A DNA stretch of 64,000 bases from Gekko japonicus (taxonomy: Eukaryota), in assembly GCF_001447785.1 (NCBI RefSeq), contig NW_015163620.1, positions 580,383-644,382 of the forward strand. The letters are read 5' to 3'. The notes below the pieces were generated by a model, which worked only from the letters and a program-made list of their open reading frames with translations, searched no databases and was not told where the DNA came from. This document shows positions 23,713-36,200 of this stretch, one piece after another. Both the position numbers and the translations under genes were made by a program. The stretch's first letter is position 1; every line of letters begins with the position of its first letter.

Positions 23713-25944
23713 TTTTTTAATACTTTATTTATTCAGTTTTGTTAAACAGCCAGTAAGCACTTTTATATAATCACTGTCATTTTTTGGAGTCTTACATACA
23801 ATGTTTTTCCCCCACCAATTATATACTCTTATCCATCTTTTTCAGAATATTGTCTCATCTTTACCACGTAATAACATAGTCAGTTTATCCAATTCAGCTA
23901 TCTCCAGCAGTTTCTTAACTATATCTAGTCTAGAGGGTAATTTATCTGATTTCCAACATCGGGCTACCATAATTCTTGATGAAGTTAAAATATATGTTAA
24001 TAAATATCTGTCTTCTCTATCTAGGTTGTCTGGAATTATATTTAGCAAGTATATTTCTGGTACCAAATCCACATTAATATTCATCATTTCTAATATAATC
24101 TGTTTTATACTTTTCCAAAACTTTTGCATCCTACAACATTTCCACCACATGTGAAAAACGTTCCTATATTATTTTTACATTTCCAGCAATTTTTTGAAGT
24201 TTGAGGTGCAAATTTTCCAATTTTATCTGGTGACCAATACCATCTGTGAAACATCTTATATAAATTTTCTTTATATGCTGCTGAACTGAGATATCTCATA
24301 GACTTCTATATTTTGGTCCAGTCGTCAATATCTATCGTATAGCCCCTATCTTTCATCCATGCTACCACTGAGGGCTTAACCATCTCATCTTGCAAATATC
24401 ATTCTTTCAGAAAGGTATATACTTTTTGTATTAACTTATCACTGGTTGACAACCAAATTTTATCTAGTTCATTGTTTCCCGGATAGAACCTTATAGTTTT
24501 ATCTTTGCTGTATATAGATTTAAGTTGTCACGCAGGGCTCTTTTTGTAGCAGGTACTCATTTGCATATTAAGCGACACACCCCTAATGTAGCCAATCCTC
24601 CAAGACCTTACATTAGCTCCTGTAAGAAGAGCTCTGTAATCTCTTGGAGGATTGGCTACATTAGGGGTGTNNNNNNNNNNNNNNNNNNNNNNNNNNNNNN
24701 NNNNNNNNNNNNNNNNNNNNNNNNNNNNNNNNNNNNNNNNNNNNNNNNNNNNNNNNNNNNNNNNNNNNNNNNNNNNNNNNNNNNNNNNNNNNNNNNNNNN
24801 NNNNNNNNNNNNNNNNNNNNNNNNNNNNNNNNNNNNNNNNNNNNNNNNNNNNNNNNNNNNNNNNNNNNNNNNNNNNNNNNNNNNNNNNNNNNNNNNNNNN
24901 NNNNNNNNNNNNNNNNNNNNNNNNNNNNNNNNNNNNNNNNNNNNNNNNNNNNNNNNNNNNNNNNNNNNNNNNNNNNNNNNNNNNNNNNNNNNNNNNNNNN
25001 NNNNNNNNNNNNNNNNNNNNNNNNNNNNNNNNNNNNNNNNNNNNNNNNNNNNNNNNNNNNNNNNNNNNNNTTGTATTTAATTTAAATCCTGCTACCTCTC
25101 CATATTTTTGTATTGTGTCTAACAATGGTACTATCGAGGTCTCTAGCTCTTCCAAAATAAAGACTAGGTCGTCCACAAATGCTTAGAGTTTGAACTCTTC
25201 ATCTTTAACTTTCAAACCTTTTATTTGCTTGTTTTCTCTTACTAGATCATTTAATGTTTCTAAGACAAAGATAAACAGTAATGGAGATAAGGGGCACCCC
25301 TGTCTAGTTCCTTTTTGTATTGCTATCTTTCTGTCAATTCTCCATTAATTATAATTTTAGCTTGTTGTTCTTTATATATTGCCAAAATTATTGAAAGAAA
25401 ATCATTACCACAATCCCAAATTCTCAGTTTTTGAATCATATATTCCCATGATACATTATCAAATGCCTTTTTAAAAGAACTAAAGACTATAATAGATATG
25501 GTCACAATGGAAGAAATTTGTATTATAGGAGACTTCAATGCAGTCTATGATTTTAAAATAGATAGAAAATCACAGGATAAAGGGAAAGCAGGAAAAACCC
25601 TTCCGAAGCTCTTTTTACAAATAGCGGAAGAACACTCTTTGTTAGATGCTTGGAGGATAAGAAATTTGGAGAAAAAAGATTATACTTTCTACTCACATAG
25701 ACATAAATCATGGTCAAGAATAGATATGGCCTGGATTTTGACTTCATTGATAAAAGAAATAGAAGAAATAGAAATACTACCAGGAACATTTGCAGACCAT
25801 AATCCATTATCAATCTCATTTCACTCCATACAAAGAAAAAGTAGATGGAGAATGAATATAGATCTTTTAAAAGACCCAGAATTTATAAGAAAAACAAAAA
25901 TTGAAATACGACAATTCTTCAAGAATAACAGTCAACCTGAGACA
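23713..25944 (-). mobile_element. L1-clade LINE with 5' inversion
   Basis: Minus strand: poly(A)/AATAAA at ~23711-23733, cysteine-rich C-terminus CWKC...HMWWKC, RT motifs (KAFDNVSW, GTRQGCPLSPLLF, FVDD). Plus strand 25470-25952: APE endonuclease (IIGDFN, DAWR, YTFYS, SRID, DH). Flanking TSD cctacaacctga..tgt. Confidence 0.85.
24531..24670. mobile_element. MITE (CAGGGCT...TTT family) inserted into the L1, running into the gap
   Basis: cagggctctttttgtagcagg...atttgcatatt; internal palindrome tgtagccaatcctccaaga/tcttggaggattggctaca; same family as 57311. Confidence 0.7.
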
Positions 25945-28020
25945 CCTACAACCTGAGTGTTGTAGGATGGACTATACTAATGGGAATGTACCACAGGTAC
26001 CCATCTGAAGAAAACACTGGAATGATCATTAGCATTCTCACAAACCAAAAACTCAGATCCAAAGCAAAGTTGACCATTGCAGGCAGTAGATATTTCCTTT
26101 TAATTTTTTTAATTTGAAGTGGTGTTATGTCCTTATAGCATTCCTTTCTCTTTCTCGGAAAATAAATTCTTTTAAAATACCTCCAAAACCCTCCTATGGA
26201 AAGTATTTATGCATTAAGGCTCAGCAGTATGGCTCATTTGTTTTCTCTCTTCTTTTCCTGCTTTTACAACTGCATGACAGCCAAGGGAACACACTATCTA
26301 CAAGACAAAGCAGTATTTAAACTATCACATGGGCAAATAACTGCTGATGCCAATATTTTGCAAAAAGGCTCAGAAACATAATTCCAATATCTCTGCCTCC
26401 AAGCCCCCGAGCCTCACTGTGTGCATTTTTTATAATTATAACGTCGAGGTTATGCAGAGTTTCTTTGAGGTGACAGGCGAACAGCAGGATTCCATGAATA
26501 TGTATAGCATGCTTGAAAAAAAATAAATTAACAGGGACCAGCCACTCCAGTGACCCACTTACTTAGGCTGTCATTGATGAGTGTGACAGGAATGTTCTGT
26601 AAGACTGGAACCTCCATGACAGGCTTTTCTCCCAATCAGCACATTCAGATTACTCAATGCACTGCATGGCAGCTAGATAATTAATCACTAATTCATCAAT
26701 ACCGACATAAAACCATGCGTTATAACTGATCGACCCCTTGCATTTCTTAAGGCAGAAAGTACAATTTCAAAAATGGAAATCACTTGGAACAGCACACATG
26801 CCAGAGATCACAGGTCATCAAGCGCTCTGGTGTGTTTGTAAAGCAAGTGGAGAGAGGGGTCAGGCTGGAAGTCAGGTAATTTTTTCTCTGCCCATGATTC
26901 CTTGTTCTAGGTGGGGTGTGTGGGTTCATTATTACTTATTCATTTTAAAGTATTTATGTACTACACTCGGGTGCTCCAGGTAGTTATCGAGGGAATAGTA
27001 AACAATGAAATAATTCAAATATTATGATCCCTGATAAAACAAATGAAAATAAATCCCATTGAGAACAGGGCTCTGAGGTTTCCTGCTCTGATGGGAAACC
27101 TTCAGCCCAGCAGCCTCTGTCTCCTGCTGATACTTGTTAGGGCAGTAGGGGGGAAATGGGGGGGAAATTAGCATCAGCCCAATGCCGCAATGCCACTTCC
27201 AGCATGAACCCAGAAGTGAAGTCATTGCATTGTGGCAATGCTTTAGGATTCCACTAAAACTATATGGTAAAAGCACAGAGTTCTGGGGGATCCTAGAGTA
27301 TCACCCTGACACAATGACATCACTTCTAGGTTTGCACCAACAGTGACGTCGCATCATTGGAGCAATGCCAATTTACATGTCCTGGCCCACCGAAGCTCCC
27401 ACTGGTTGCCAACACTGGACTGGCAATCCTAACTGTGAAAGACAATTAAACAGCTGATTGACATGGATTAGAGCAGCAATTTGGCATAAATGGTAGTATA
27501 TCAAGGGGTGGGGGGGGGAACCAGAAGGAAAACCACAGTCAAGCCACAATCAAAATTACGGAAGAAATCAAAATGTTTGGGGATGCAAATCTGACAAATT
27601 CAGCACCAGGCAAAGATACAAGGAATGCATGTCACAACTGAAAAGGTCCTACACTTGTGGCCACACACCTCAACTTGAAAGGTGAAGGGCATAAAGCAGG
27701 TGCTGTGATGCTGAAGGCAAATGCTCAGGCAGAATTATACAAGAGCAGCTGGTCCTTAAGGTGCCCCAGCCCCAAACAGTCTCAGACTTCAATGGTAACA
27801 AACATGATCTAGAATTGAGCATGGAAAATGCTAGTCATCCAGTGAAGTTCTTCAAGCAACAAGTGTAACTCTTTGAGCACCAAAGGATGAATCAATATAC
27901 ACAAAATGAGTGTTCAAAACTCAAACTTAGCTACATTCATTCATCATTAACTATTGAGCTATCATTGAATCATAGCACTCATTCATGACTGGATTATCTT
28001 GTGTGGACAAGCCAGTCAAG

Positions 28021-28458
28021 AAGGAGGAGGAGGAGATTGGATTTATACCTCGCCTTTCACTACCCGAAGGGGTTTCAGAGTGGCTTACAATTCCTTTCCC
28101 TTCCCCTCCCCACACTCTGTGAGCAGTGTTCCCTCTAAGCTGAGTTAGTGTGAGCTAGCTTACAGTTTTTTAGCCTCCAGCTCACACATTTTTGTCTTAG
28201 TTCAGTAGCCAAATCGCTCGCTCACAAGTTTAATGACAGTAGCTCACAAAGCAGAATTTTTGCTCACAAGACTCCACATTGCCTGTGAGGTAGGTGGGGC
28301 TGAGAGAGCTCTCTGGAGAACTGCCCCTGAGAGAACAGCTCTGAAGGAACTTAGGACTGACCCAAGGTCACACCAGCAACTGCATGTGGCGGAGTGGGGA
28401 ACCAAACCTGGTTCTCCCAGATTAGAGTCTGCACTCTTAACCACTACACCAAACTGGC
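28021..28458 (-). mobile_element. tRNA-derived SINE (Squam3-like) interrupted by a hAT MITE
   Basis: Minus strand ccagtttggtgtagtggttaagagtgcagactctaatctgggagaacc...; tail ataaatccaatctcctcctcc. A similar copy starts at 35935. Confidence 0.75.
28124..28281. mobile_element. hAT MITE (CAGTGTTCCCTCTAAGC family), right TIR partly deleted
   Basis: Same sequence as 15383; TSD tctgtgag/cctgtgag. Confidence 0.8.
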
Positions 28459-28631
28459 ACAGGCAGATTACTATAACATGATGACAGTGCAATATCCACA
28501 GATGTGTGGATTTAGCCCTGGCCTGTAAAGCCTGTTTGCGGTTGTGTCACACATATGATGATTGCCTCAATGATTAGCTCATCATTCCAAACAAAAAACA
28601 TCTCAGGTACTTTTGTGGTTGCATTCAGCAT

Positions 28632-31600
28632 GCTTGCATGCCAAGTTGCATGCTCACCATTTACTGACTTGCTTTGGATTGCTTGTGTCTCCATTGATGG
28701 GCAGGTGGTCATACAGGATTTCTAATCAACTGTGCTGGAGTGCATCTGCTGCCTTTGAGCCTCCATATTTGGGGTCATTCAACAGTCATCAGCAGTCATC
28801 ATATAGATGCATGCTTGGAGTATAGTGGGTGGAGCTACAGTTCCTATGCTGCAGTGTCAGAATCACACAAGAAAATCCAGTTGCAAATGATTGCCATAGT
28901 GCATTGAGAGGGCATTATCCAATGATGTGCGAAAGCCATAGAACTTGATACTTCCTAAGTCAGGGCTATAGCCAATGGTGGGGCTTTAGTGGCTGAGCCC
29001 GCTATCGGATTTTCAGAGCCCCCTTCCCCAATCTCCCCCTTTTATTCTAATTTTTTAAATTTTACTTCCATTCTGTGACACCGCACTGCCGCCATGCCAC
29101 CAGCATCACGGATTCCTTCCTCAGGCTTCGGGGCTTCCTTGCTCTTTCTTTGATTGACTGGCACAGCCTGTAAGGGAGGCACTGCACTGGGGCCCAGGCT
29201 GCCTATGCAGCCACTGAACTTGTCCCTGCCAGAGATCACTGGTGGAAGGAGTGGCTGTAGCCTTAATGCGGCGGGAAGGTGGGCCCCCAGTGGGTTTCCT
29301 GCAGGCAGCGGGTCACTTCGGCTCTCTGTCAGGGAGGCGCTGCACTGCAGCCCAGGCTGCCCGTGCAGCTGCTGAGCTCACCCCCCACTGGAGATTGCTG
29401 GGTGAAGGAGCAGCAGGTATGCGGGGAAAGGGAGGACTCAGGTGAGCAGAGCTGGTGCAGGGCACCCACCCAGTGAAGAGAGGGTTTTCTACCCCCAGGG
29501 CTGGGGCAGGTGGTAGAAAGGTAGAAAGGTGGTGCAGATGTTCCTGTGCCACCGCTAATAAGACTGCTTTCAGATGATGGGGCAGGCCCTCCCTCCCCTG
29601 CTCTGTCAATTTAATTTAAGTTTAATTTAATTGATTTTACTTAGAGCCTCCCAGTGCCCCCCCCCACGAAGGAATTCCTGGCTACAGCCCTGTCCTGAGT
29701 TCTTCAGAAGACCCTCCGGCTCCACTGAGGTAGCCAAGTTTGAGTGGCTTGAGGAAAGAGATGCTTTTGTCAAAGAAGTAAATGAGCCCCAGCAAACCCA
29801 TCAGCAGGTATCACAATGGGGATCACAACAACGTAGCAGTCATTTACAATCGGATTTTCCTGTGTGGACAAGCCAATCTAGCTGTGAATAATCACCACAG
29901 TGCAATGATAGCACAGTATCGAAATGAAGTGTGGATAAGGCCATAGTGACAGAAAGACACTTTACCTACACTCAGGAGCACTCCTGTTTTATGATTACTT
30001 CAGGAATTCTTGGCAGAGTCCTGAGTGAAAAGAGGTTCTCTCAGGACTTTGTTGATGAACTCAGCTAACAGAGAATGGCAGGCAAAAGTTCAGGTCTCAC
30101 AGCATACAATTGTCATCTTCTGTTGTTTAAAGCATTTTGAAGGTTTATGGCTTTGGTGTGCTGAGCATTTCTTTGTGACCTATTGAGAATATGCAGAAGA
30201 TATATTTTCCCTGCTGGAATTAAAGCACAGCTGCAGCTCTTATGCTAACTCATCCATGAACATCTTCTTCCACCCCCACTGCTTTATGTGAATCTATATA
30301 TTTTCAGGAATGGAATCCAATTTATGATAATTCCTTGTTGGTGACTGAAGCAGAATCTGAGAGTGCCTGAGCACAGTCTGCTCTTCTGTGTGAACTGAAA
30401 TGTAATTCAAGCCACCATTAGTCAGTCTACTTGAGGACATGGACATTCCACACCACTGCATATTTTAGGACACAGAAAGGTATAACTCTGCTTAGGAACA
30501 TACTGTCAGGCTACGATCATACGTACAATTAGAACCAACACAGGCGCGAATGCCGGGTGGATTTAAAGGGCGCGATCAGACAACAACATCTGGGAAGCAA
30601 CCCACAGCCATTGGCAACCCATTTTGCTCCGCTGCAGAAGCGGAGTTAAAAGACACCGGGGGAAATCCGGTAGTAAACGGGTTGCTACGGACCATGGATG
30701 GACTTTCCCCTGACTGATCACTCCAGTGTGCTCTCATGGCGTTGGGATGGTCTGATCAGACTCCATGCCGTTATTTCCCCCCCTCGCAGTATGCGCATCA
30801 TCGCAAATTCCATAGCTTGCATGCCAAGTTGCATGCTCACCATTTACTGACTTGCTTTGGATTGCTTGTGTCTCCATTGATGGGCAGGTGGTCATACAGG
30901 ATTTCTAATCAACTGTGCTGGAGTGCATCTGCTGCCTTTGAGCCTCCACATTTGGGGTCATTCAACAGTCATCAGCAGTCATCATATAGATGCATGCTTG
31001 GAGTATAGTGGGTGGAGCTACAGTTCCTATGCTGCAGTGTCAGAATCACACAGGAAAATCCAGTTGCAAATGATTGCCGTAGTGCAGTGAGAGGGCATTA
31101 TCCAAAGATGTGCAAAAGCCATAGAACTCAATACTTCCTGAGTCAGGGCTATAGCCAATGGTGGGGCTTTAGTGGCTGAGCCCGCTATCGGATTTTCAGA
31201 GCCCCCTTCCCCAATCTCCCCCTTTTATTCTAATTTTTTAAATTTTACTTCCATTCTGTGACACCGCACTGCCGCCATGCCACCAGCATCACGGATTCCT
31301 TCCTCAGGCTTCGGGGCTTCCTTGCTCTTTCTTTGATTGACTGGCACAGCCTGTAAGGGAGGCACTGCACTGGGGCCCAGGCTGCCCATGCAGTCGCTGA
31401 GCTTGTCCCTGCCAGAGATCATTGGGGGAAGGAGTGGCTGTAGCCTTAATGCGGCGGGAAGGTGGGCCCCCAGTGGGTTTCCTGCAGGCAGTGGGTCACT
31501 TCGGCTCTCTGTCAGGGAGGCACTGCACTGCAGCCCAGGCTGCCCGTGCACCTGCTGAGCTCACCCCCCACTGGAGATTGCTGGGTGAAGGAGCAGCAGG

Positions 31601-32998
31601 TATGCGGGGAAAGGTAGGACTCGGGTGAGCAGAGCCGGTGCAGGGCACCCACCCAGTGAAGAGAGGGTTTTCTACCCCCAGGGCTGGGGCAGGTGGTAGA
31701 AAGGTAGAAAGGTGGTGCAGATGTTCCTGTGCCACCGCTAATAAGACTGCTTTCAGATGATGGGGCAGGCCCTCCCTCCCCTGCTCTGTCAATTTAATTT
31801 AAGTTTAATTTAATTGATTTTACTTAGAGCCTCCCAGTGCCCCCCCCCACGAAGGAATTCCTGGCTACAGCCCTGTCCTGAGTTCTTCAGAAGACCCTCC
31901 GGCTCCACTGAGGTAGCCAAGTTTGAGTGGCTTGAGGAAAGAGATGCTTTTGTCAAAGAAGTAAATGAGCCCCAGCAAACCCATCAGCAGGTATCACAAT
32001 GGGGATCACAACAACGTAGCAGTCATTTACAATCGGATTTTCCTGTGTGGACAAGCCAATCTAGCTGTGAATAATCACCACAGTGCAATGATAGCACAGT
32101 ATCGAAATGAAGTGTGGATAAGGCCATAGTGACAGAAAGACACTTTACCTATACTCAGGAGCACTCCTGTTTTATGATTACTTCAGGAATTCTTGGCAGA
32201 GTCCTGAGTGAAAAGAGGTTCTCTCAGGACTTTGTTGATGAAGTCAGCTAACAGAGAATGGCAGGCAAAAGTTCAGGTCTCACAGCATACAATTGTCATC
32301 TTCTGTTGTTTAAAGCATTTTGAAGGTTTATGGCTTTGGTGTGCTGAGCATTTCTTTGTGACCTATTGAGAATATGCAGAAGATATATTTTCCCTGCTGG
32401 AATTAAAGCACAGCTGCAGCTCTTATGCTAACTCATCCATGAACATCTTCTTCCACCCCCACTGCTTTATGTGAATCTATATATTTTCAGGAATGGAATC
32501 CAATTTATGATAATTCCTTGTTGGTGACTGAAGCAGAATCTGAGAGTGCCTGAGCACAGTCTGCTCTTCTGTGTGAACTGAAATGTAATTCAAGCCACCA
32601 TTAGTCAGTCTACTTGAGGACATGGACATTCCACACCACTGCATATTTTAGGACACAGAAAGGTATAACTCTGCTTAGGAACATACTGTCAGGCTATGAT
32701 CATAAGTACAATTAGAACCAACATAGGCGCAAATGCCGGGCGGATTTAAAAGGCGTGATCAGACAACAACATTTGGGAAGCACCCTGCAGCCATTGGCAA
32801 CCCATTTTGCTCCGCTGCAGAAGCGGACTTAAAAGACACTGGGGGAAATCCGGTAGTAAACGGGTTGTGACGGACCATGGATGGACTCTCCCCTGTCTGA
32901 TCACTCCAGTGTGCTCTCATGACGTCGGGATGGTCTGATCAGACTCCATGCCGTTGTTTCCCCCCCCTCGCAGTATGCGCATCATCGCAAACTCCATA
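28632..32998. repeat. 2.18-kb tandem duplication (28632-30814 / 30815-32998)
   Basis: Period 2183 nt; duplicated ORF-track entries (e.g. 29631 and 31814 are identical). Confidence 0.95.
28961..29692. mobile_element. hAT MITE (second copy at 31144-31875)
   Basis: TIR cagggctatagcca/tggctacagccctg; 8-bp TSD tcct(a/g)agt, perfect in the second copy. Confidence 0.85.
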
Positions 32999-33224
32999 GG
33001 GAGCCCTCGGTACAGAGGTGCAATTCATCGATCCCTCAGTTAAGTGCATGGGGGGGAAGGCACAAAAAAAGAGACTCACACGCAGTTGCATCTGATCATG
33101 CACTGATGGTCTGTGCCGACATCTTCAAAGGGAGGTGTGATCGTGCAACTGCAAGTCAAATTCCTCCAAAGGAAATAACCTCGCTCCCCTCCCCCCGTTT
33201 TTTCTGGTGCGTGTGACCGCAACC
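32692..33224. mobile_element. PIF/Harbinger-type MITE (truncated copy at 30509-30814)
   Basis: TIR ggcta(c/t)gatcata / tgtgaccgcaacc, related to the 7184 TIR; 3-bp TSD tca. Confidence 0.75.
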
Positions 33225-36200
33225 TCAGATTGCTTAATTGAAAGGGGGGGTAGCAATACTGTAGATAAATAAATAAAAACAACTCAGGCTGGAAGTTGTG
33301 GAGAGGCCAGAAGATTTTAATTCATCCTTCTGATTACCTGCTTTTTTAAAAAGGCCTGAAAAATAATAACTGTTTGTACTGCCCTGTGAAGAGACCTCCT
33401 GTAGTTATGATTCCTCTTCTCTCTCCTGGTTAGCAGTGGCTGCAGCATTGCATCCATACACACTTAAACATCAGCCATCCCAGCAGAAACATAGCTGCAG
33501 AGTCCATGGGGGTGACAGACAGGAGGAGGGCCACAGAATGCTACTCAAGAGAAAGGCAGCTGTTGAAGATACACTGCAGACAGTGGGACTGCCAAAATGG
33601 ACATGGAGAACATTTTTTGTTGTTGTGCAATTAACACTGAATAAACGTGAAACTCTTGGCTGTTGGGGTGCATGAAGTCATGTGGTTCAGTTGAGGGATG
33701 AGATCAAATGTCCCCTTCTAGAAAGGGAGAATCCCCATTTCACTTTTGCTTCTCCTGTGCACAAATCTAACCCTGTGGCTTTTCATTTTTGTGCCATTTT
33801 CTGTTTACTCACAACAAATGATTTCTGTGAAATGTAAACATTTTCCAATGATATCTGTACATGATTAGCATTCTACATATAAAATGACATACATCAGATA
33901 TATAAATGCCATATAAAAGGCATATAAAAATCATTCAGCATGAGTCTACAACTACCAACGAGTCTAGAAAGCCAACAGTGAAAAGAAGGGAACTGAAACT
34001 ATTGACACAACTATAAACAAATATTAAAGAAGAACACCATAGGAAACATTTGCTCCTATGTTCAGATGGGGCTGGCTCACACATGGAATCCAGCTGTTTA
34101 CTTCCTCCCAGAGAGTCCTCCAGTCTATGGGACTTTGAAGAGTAAGTACCCTCAGTGAGAAGCTGGATGTACGTGAGTACAGATCGTAGTAGACACCAGT
34201 CGCTGCCCTGCCAGAAGCACTTTTTGCATCAAGAGATGCATTATCTGCAACAAGAGTCAGCACATGAAGTGGTTTGAATGTGTAAAAGTGCTATGCAAAG
34301 AGCATTGATATAGGGAGGGGAATTTCTTTTTCCAAAATTCACTTCTGTAGATATAGCCATTGATTCCACTTCTTTTCCTTTTTTTCTATTTTAAAAGAGG
34401 GATTTCTCTTCTATTTATCTTTCTAAAGAAATTGACATGCCCTTTTGTAACTTTAGCCCTTGCGGTTGTTTTATGCACCACACCACAGGGGAAGGGGTGC
34501 TCTAGAAGGAAGATAAGAAAGCTTGGGGAGACACTGCCAGCCTCTGAGCATCTACAAAGTGACATTCTTAATTTTTTCAGAACATCCCTTCCTGCCCCTC
34601 CTCTATTTGACTTTCTATTTGATTGAAATGAAATTGAGTAGAAAAGGACTCCAAATTCCTAAAAAGAGGGAAAGAAGCAGATTTTTTGGATTTCATGGAG
34701 ACACTGGGTAAAGAGGAAATACAAGATTTTGCTATATGCAAAAACTAAGTTATTATGGAAGTTGTGATCTTTGTAGCAAACATGCTCAGCAGGCAAAACA
34801 TACCATTCTGCAGGTATTCCTGAGCTGCAGTTATTCGACAGCTGCAGTTATTCCTAAACTGAGTCTTGGAGTGCCTCACTGCTGCTGTCTGACTTGAACA
34901 ATGTGCCAAACAGGTTGGTAGCAGTGCAGCAGCTCTGATGGTATCCTTTCACTTCCTTCTGCCTTGCAGCCACTTTTGCATCTGTACAACAGGGGAAATT
35001 TATCCCCCACCCCCGAGTTATAGATGGTTTGATCAGGTAATTAAATAATGCTTGTGTGAAATTGTGCCAATTCAAACAAATAACATGGACTTCAGTGAAC
35101 TGTTAAACTATTAAAACTGTTAAACAAAAAAACCTCACAGGGTTTAGAAATCACTGACTGATGGAATAGTTTGCTCACACTTTGTGCACAGCAACAAAAG
35201 GTCTGTTCTTGGAGAAACTGCGACTCCAATTGGCTGTTTGAGAATGAGCATGTATGAGACGATGCCAGATGCACTATACTGAATTGCACTTCAATATGTG
35301 GAAAGTAACCCACTGAACAGACTTGAGCTGCTCGTGAATAGGATGGCAAGCTCTGGCCTGGGAAATTCCTGATGATCTTGGAACACTGCCTGTGGAGGAT
35401 GGAGTTTGGTTGGGAACTAGGCTCAGCTGGCATGTGATATCACTCTAGAAATTCTGTTTCTCCTAGATTCTTGATTATATCATAGTGTCTACTCTTAAAG
35501 CTTCCATTTCTTCCAGGGGAACTGATCCCTGTTGTCTGGAGATCAGTTGTAATTCTGAGAGAACTCCAGGCCCTACATGGATGTCATGAGCAACCAAACT
35601 GCCTGATGAAAAATCAGCTCCCTTCTTGCAGCTGGTGAGCACAGGGAGGCCAGGTCTCCAGATGTCCTTATTTGTTGCCTGAAAGTGATGTCAAGTCAAT
35701 GGCATGATGTTATTGGAACACGCTAGGATTTGAGCAAAAGTCTAGTTTTACTATATAGTTTTGCCAAAGTCCTAGAGTCCCACATCAATGTCATGCTAGC
35801 AATATGACACCATTTCTGGTATTTATCAGAAGCGACATTGTGCTGCAAGAATGAGTTTATTTTCCTATCTTTGCACCTTCCCACCAGTTGCAGCCTTTGG
35901 TGGGCAGCCTGTGAACCAAGCCAGTGGGTTACTCAAGCAATTTGGTGTGTTGGTTAAGTGTACGGACTCTAATCTGGGAGAACTGGGTTTGATTTCCCAC
36001 TCCTCCACTTGCAGCTGCTGGATGACCTTGGGCAAGCCATAGTTCCATCAGAGCTGTTCTTGAAAGAGCANNNNNNNNNNNNNNNNNNNNNNNNNNNNNN
36101 NNNNNNNNNNNNNNNNNNNNNNNNNNNNNNNNNNNNNNNNNNNNNNNNNNNNNNNNNNNNNNNNNNNNNNNNNNNNNNNNNNNNNNNNNNNNNNNNNNNN

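Noticed and set aside
24525-25085. Long ORFs in the track spanning N-runs (also 9280, 17659, 35929, 49897)
   Set aside because: Their length comes from ambiguous bases.
34024-34263. Possible host exon on either strand
   Set aside because: Splice-like signals occur on both strands but no peptide is recognisable.
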